DNA of 64,000 nucleotides from Giardia intestinalis (Eukaryota): NCBI GenBank assembly GCA_000002435.2, contig CM018793.1; one strand, 5' to 3'. Shown piece by piece: positions 63,809 to 64,000 of this stretch (position 1 is its first letter; each line of letters starts with the position of its first letter). The notes under the pieces were generated by a model. It saw only the letters and a program-made list of their open reading frames with translations, ran no database searches and was not told where the DNA came from. The position numbers and the translations under genes were made by a program.

Positions 63809-64000
63809 ACCACTTCACTGCTCTTGTTACAGTCGTTCCTATGTCACACTTAACGATCAAGCATACTCTGACAGAGTAAGCGTCCAGCGTCCACTTAATT
63901 TACAGTAAATAACATCAGTTTCGACTCACGCTTATTCTATTCTTCACAGATGAGAGATTCTCGTGGTACATCGCTGTTGAGATGTTGTCTCTGCGTTCAG

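Noticed and set aside
63790-64000. Possible 3' intron in the proteasome alpha gene (GTATTG at 63793, CTCAC...TTCTTCACAG near 63945)
   Set aside because: It does not match the Giardia intron consensus GTATGTT...[AC]CT[AG]AC[AC]CACAG with a branch point abutting the 3' splice site. The spliced continuation (MRDSRGTSLLRCCLCVQ) has no similarity to PSMA7 C-termini. The unspliced protein already covers the conserved core.
19833-64000. Prokaryote-style features (CRISPR arrays, operons, Shine-Dalgarno sites) and tRNA or rRNA genes
   Set aside because: The sequence is eukaryotic (Giardia). Gene spacing, AT-rich initiators and AGTRAAY poly(A) signals fit that. No direct-repeat/spacer array is present other than the VSP junction heptamers. 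A scan by eye of intergenic regions for tRNA T-loop motifs (GGTTCGAATCC-like) found none. A tRNAscan-SE or Infernal run would be needed to exclude small RNAs.

Overview
The window starts with about 19.8 kb of N (an assembly gap, 1..19832). Real sequence runs from 19833 to 64000. It is almost certainly nuclear DNA of Giardia (G. duodenalis/intestinalis-like). The minus strand at 19.8–30.9 kb carries a head-to-tail array of five cysteine-rich surface-protein genes. Each ends in the Giardia VSP tail ...GLVGFLCWWF(V/I)CRGKA*, followed 7 nt later by the AGTGAAT poly(A) signal. Only the most upstream unit (28639..30885) has an ATG and a signal peptide (MFQLIPLFVASALMAA). The next two units (25495..28569 and 23563..25419) have intact 3.1 kb and 1.9 kb reading frames but no ATG. 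They begin, through a conserved 60–75 bp junction element, at an internal VSP position, SV/EICTKAxxGVCTACKADNGLFKNP. Unit 4 is broken by an ~0.8 kb foreign insertion. Unit 5 is a mutationally decayed pseudogene running into the gap. A 347 bp tract in unit 4 is about 99% identical to the head gene, so gene conversion appears recent. Upstream of the head VSP lies an unusual 0.8 kb GC-rich non-coding block. The rest of the window is typical compact Giardia gene space with AT-rich initiators directly upstream of each ATG. It holds a CDKL-type kinase with a TDY activation loop, an ankyrin-repeat (21.1-like) protein, and a PP2A B''/PR72-type EF-hand regulatory subunit. It also holds a 3208-aa modular multi-pass membrane protein and a secreted BPI/LBP/CETP-like lipid-binding protein. 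Further genes are three tandem annexin-like (alpha-giardin family) paralogs, a 2066-aa ASH/MSP-domain flagellar-type protein, a DZIP1-like C2H2 zinc-finger protein and a proteasome alpha-7 subunit. Being eukaryotic, the window contains no CRISPR arrays; no rRNA or convincing tRNA was found by eye.
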